NCBI GenBank assembly: GCA_900620265.3
Contig: UYNY03000113.1
Location: forward strand, 17,402 to 52,784
Source of the DNA: Nitrosopumilaceae archaeon
Lineage (GTDB): Archaea > Thermoproteota > Nitrososphaeria > Nitrososphaerales > Nitrosopumilaceae
Length of the DNA: 35,383 nt
Direction: 5' to 3'
Translations under genes and position numbers: made by a program
In this document: positions 32,837 through 35,383 of the stretch, piece by piece
Numbering within the stretch: position 1 is the first letter of the stretch
Layout: the number at the start of each line of letters is the position of its first letter
The notes under the pieces: generated by a model
Databases searched by the model: none
What the model was told of the DNA's origin: nothing
The model's input: only the letters and a program-made list of their open reading frames with translations

Positions 32837-33922
32837 TCAGGACTCGACCACGATCACGGAGGAGGACGTCCCGGCCGCCGACATGTTGTGGATCATCCCG
32901 CACGTGGCAGAGTCGGCCTGCCTCCCGCCCGCCCGCCCGGTGACCTGCAGGAACGCCTCGGCGGCCTGCGCCACCCCGGTGGCGCCGGGCGGGTGCCCCG
33001 ATCCGAGCAGCCCCCCGCGCGGGTTTATCCTCCTGCTGCCCGTCTCGAGCATCTCGCGCGCGTACGCGGCGCCCGTCCCGGGGGCGCAGATGCCGGCGGC
33101 CTCCAGGGCCATCGGCTCGCAGACGGAGAACGCGTCGTGCACCTCGGCCACGCCGACCTCGGCGGGCCTGCGCCCGGCCATCAGGAGGGCGGCCGAGGCG
33201 GCGTCCGCCGTGGACTTGAGCGGGAGGAACTCGGGGCCCCCGGCGAACGAGGCGGACGCCGTTGCCTGCCCGATCCCGGTTATCCGGGCCGCCCCGTCCC
33301 CCGGCCCCGACGCGACGAGGACCGCCGCGGCCCCGGTGCAGGATCTTGAGCACTCGTAGAGCCGCAGGTCGTCCGTCACCTCGCGCGAGCAGAGCACGTC
33401 CTCCACGCTCCCCGGCCCCCCGGGCAGGGCGTGCGGGTTCTCCTCCGCGTTGGCCGAGTTCCGGGCCGGGATGACGGCAAGATCCGCGGCCGTCGCCCCG
33501 AACCTGCGCTTGTACGAGCTTGAGAGTATCGAGGCCCAGTAGACGGGGGACGCGAACGCCCCGCGCGTGGCATCCCAGTCGAGCACGAGGCCGGGGCCCC
33601 CGGCGGCGTCGGCGCCGCAGACCAGCACGGATCCGGCCAGCCCGGATGCGACGTGCGCGTACGCCGATATGATGGCGCTCGCGCCGGAGCTGCACAGGTT
33701 CTCCACCCTGTGGGCGGCCCCGGGCCGGATGCCGGCCCCCTCTGCCAGTATGGGGCCGAGGTACCCGGCCCCCTCGTTCGATGAGACGATCACTGCGTCG
33801 ACTGACCCCGGATCCACGTCATAGTCGCGCAGCAGGCGGGCCGCCGCGGCCGCCATCGCGGGGCCGGCGCCGCCGCCCGTGGAGAACCCCGAGTGCCCGC
33901 AGGCGGTGATCCCGACCCTCAT
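32837..33922 (-). CDS. Acetyl-CoA acetyltransferase (archaeal thiolase)
   Basis: Start at MRVGITACGHSG. Active-site NLCSSGASAI and GHPPGATGV. ATGA overlap with the upstream LLM gene. Confidence 0.88.
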   Translation of the reverse strand: MRVGITACGHSGFSTGGGAGPAMAAAAARLLRDYDVDPGSVDAVIVSSNEGAGYLGPILAEGAGIRPGAAHRVENLCSSGASAIISAYAHVASGLAGSVLVCGADAAGGPGLVLDWDATRGAFASPVYWASILSSSYKRRFGATAADLAVIPARNSANAEENPHALPGGPGSVEDVLCSREVTDDLRLYECSRSCTGAAAVLVASGPGDGAARITGIGQATASASFAGGPEFLPLKSTADAASAALLMAGRRPAEVGVAEVHDAFSVCEPMALEAAGICAPGTGAAYAREMLETGSRRINPRGGLLGSGHPPGATGVAQAAEAFLQVTGRAGGRQADSATCGMIHNMSAAGTSSSVIVVES

Positions 33923-34881
33923 GTCCCCCCCGGGTCGAACTCGGCCGCGAACAGCCCGAACGACTCGCGGACGTCCCCCGCCGGGTTGAACTGGAGCACC
34001 GGCAGGTCCACGCCCGCGTCCCGGAACGCGCCCAGCCTGCCGGCGCACTCGCCGGGCGCGCCGGCGATGCACAGCCTGTCCACCATCTTGTCCGGCACGG
34101 CCTCGTGGCACCTGCCCAGCCCGGACCTCTTGAGCTCCCCCATCACCGCTGCGACCTCCCCTGCAAACCCGTTGGCGGCAAGAAACTCCCTGTACGCGCT
34201 GCCGGCCCCGATGTAGAATCCAAGCGTCCTCCTTGCGCGGTCGATCGCCGCGTCGGCGTCCTCTGCCACGCACGTTATTATCTGGCACGCCACGTCGATC
34301 CTGCCCCTGCCGAGCCGCCCCGTCATGCGCGATATCTCGGCGGGCGGGCGCAGGTACAGTATCACCCCGTCGCCGACCTCCCACGCCAGGCGGCACATGG
34401 CGGGGCCGACGGCGGCAATGTATACCGGGATCCTGCGCCCCGGATCAACTAGCAGCCTGAACCCCGACAGGTCGAATATGCGGCCCCGGTGGTCAATCCT
34501 GCCGCCGGCGTGGGCGAGCCGGACGACCCTGACGAACTCGCGCATGCGGGAGAGCGGCTCGTCCCGCGCCATGCCGTGCAGCGACCCGACTATCTCGCGG
34601 CTGCTCGCGCCGAGCCCGAGGACGGCCCTGCCCCCCGATATGAGGTCCACCGTGGCGGCCCCCATCGCGGCGAGCGCCGGGCTCCTCGAGTAGATGTTCA
34701 CTATGGAGGAGCCGATCCTGCAGTGGGGGGCCCGGGCGGAGGCCGCCGCCATCATGGAGAAGGCCTCCATCCCCCACGTCTCCGGTATCCAGAGCGTCTC
34801 CACGTACGGGGGGATCCGGGAGGCGCAGTCCAGCAGGTCGCCGACGGGCAGCAGCGATCCCAGGCTGAACGAGGTGCGCAA
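33919..34881 (-). CDS. Luciferase-like monooxygenase family (probably F420-dependent) oxidoreductase
   Basis: ..TLWIPETWGMEAFSMMAAASA...GRAVLGLGASS...VYIAAVGPAM.. is a typical LLM/Mer-like TIM-barrel pattern. TTG start about 28 nt downstream of CTAAATATG (complement of 34905-34913). Confidence 0.75.
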   Translation of the reverse strand: MRTSFSLGSLLPVGDLLDCASRIPPYVETLWIPETWGMEAFSMMAAASARAPHCRIGSSIVNIYSRSPALAAMGAATVDLISGGRAVLGLGASSREIVGSLHGMARDEPLSRMREFVRVVRLAHAGGRIDHRGRIFDLSGFRLLVDPGRRIPVYIAAVGPAMCRLAWEVGDGVILYLRPPAEISRMTGRLGRGRIDVACQIITCVAEDADAAIDRARRTLGFYIGAGSAYREFLAANGFAGEVAAVMGELKRSGLGRCHEAVPDKMVDRLCIAGAPGECAGRLGAFRDAGVDLPVLQFNPAGDVRESFGLFAAEFDPGGT

Positions 34882-35041
34882 CGCGCGGGGCGGGGCGGCG
34901 GCGTCATATTTAGCACATCCGGTTTACAACAAGGTCAGCTATGCAAGAGCTCGGCGCGGTTATCCGGGGGGCGCCCACGTCCCGCCATGGAGTTCTGGGA
35001 CGACGCGGCAGCCTACGCGGTCTCGAGTTCGGACGGCAGGT

Positions 35042-35383
35042 TCAGGTCCGAGGTCGCCTACCTGATGGCCGCCCTGCGCCGGAGCGGCTGAGCGAGGCGG
35101 CGCACTCCTCAAGGTCCTTGAACGAGTCGACAGAGTGCCACATGGCGCCCTCGAACCTGACCGCCGAGAGGAGGCCCCTGGCGGCGTACGAGGGAAAGAG
35201 CGTCCTCTCAAGATCCCCCCTTGCGGGCATGTCCCGGACCGCCCCCGCGTCAAGGTTGTAGATGCCGGCGTTCATCCACGAGCCGGGCACCTCCCCCTTC
35301 TCCCCAAAGCCGGCCACGCGCGGGCCGTCAAGGTCCAGCACGCCGTAGCTGCTCCTGAGCGGGACGGCCGCCACGGAGCGCGG
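35042..35383 (-). CDS. NDP-sugar pyrophosphorylase/nucleotidyltransferase, 3' part (N-terminus outside the window)
   Basis: The frame is open to the window edge. ..YGVLDLDGPRVAGFGEKGEVPGSWMNAGIYNLDAGAVRDMP...LERTLFPSYAARG.LSAVRFEGAMWHSVDSFKDLEE is the typical C-terminal half of GlmU/RmlA-like NTP transferases. Confidence 0.7.
   Translation of the reverse strand, partial: PRSVAAVPLRSSYGVLDLDGPRVAGFGEKGEVPGSWMNAGIYNLDAGAVRDMPARGDLERTLFPSYAARGLLSAVRFEGAMWHSVDSFKDLEECAASLSRSGAGRPSGRRPRT

Noticed and set aside
31878-33359. 493-aa plus-strand ORF spanning the methyltransferase-like, DUF35 and thiolase loci.
   Set aside because: The composition is extremely Arg/Pro/Gly-rich. It overlaps three ORFs that have recognisable family signatures in other frames or on the other strand.
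34987-35091. 34-codon ORF MEFWDDAAAYAVSSSDGRFRSEVAYLMAALRRSG, resembling the N-terminus of a SAM-methyltransferase.
   Set aside because: It is too short and the similarity is only impressionistic. The TATA candidate is weak, and the ORF overlaps the 3' end of the convergent nucleotidyltransferase gene by 50 nt.

Overview
High-GC archaeal chromosome segment. It looks thaumarchaeon-like, possibly Cenarchaeum-like, but that is inference only. Supporting signs are eS4 and RNase P Rpp29 inside the r-protein operon, proteasome alpha, an Hjc-type resolvase, and A/T-rich TATA boxes centred 25-28 nt upstream of most independent start codons, which implies leaderless mRNAs. All translations and motif calls were made by hand from the sequence and ORF track; no searches were run.

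Core content:
- The 3' part of aEF-2.
- psmA plus a DUF171-type SPOUT methyltransferase.
- A tightly coupled 16-gene ribosomal operon: uL3-uL4-uL23-uS19-uL22-uS3-uL29-Rpp29-uS17-uL14-uL24-eS4-uL5-uS14-uS8-uL6. uL2 is absent, and the operon stops after uL6.
- tRNA-Asn(GUU).
- A PPOX-like/ArsR pair, purC, HMG-CoA synthase, bioD, a DsbA-like gene, gap, a CNNM/CorC transporter and thrC.
- An LLM oxidoreductase-thiolase-DUF35 operon.
- The 3' part of an NDP-sugar nucleotidyltransferase.

Accessory or unusual content:
1. Two AT-rich islets sit between core genes and carry toxin-antitoxin modules. These are HicB-HicA, a TacT-like GNAT toxin with a 43-aa antitoxin that seems to lack the RHH domain, and a wHTH+UPF0175 antitoxin-like protein followed by a PIN gene cut after about 15 codons.
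2. A decaying stretch lies around tRNA-Asn, with a frameshifted TPR gene, a PIN C-terminal remnant and a zinc-ribbon ORF that has no start codon. A duplicated 32-33 bp palindromic element follows, one copy just 3' of the tRNA and the second about 0.6 kb downstream.
3. A 360-bp GC-rich spacer has coaxially nested helices, making it a candidate structured RNA, plus an 11-nt tandem repeat.
4. An Hjc-like nuclease is clustered with three uncharacterised small genes, including a 38-aa seven-Cys micro-ORF. This cluster faces a methyltransferase-like gene across a perfect 20-bp palindrome.
5. uS3 and uL24 carry long acidic low-complexity C-terminal tails.

No rRNA, CRISPR array, integrase or transposase was recognised. 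Many long ORFs in the track are Arg/Pro-rich alternative-frame artefacts of the high GC content and were rejected.
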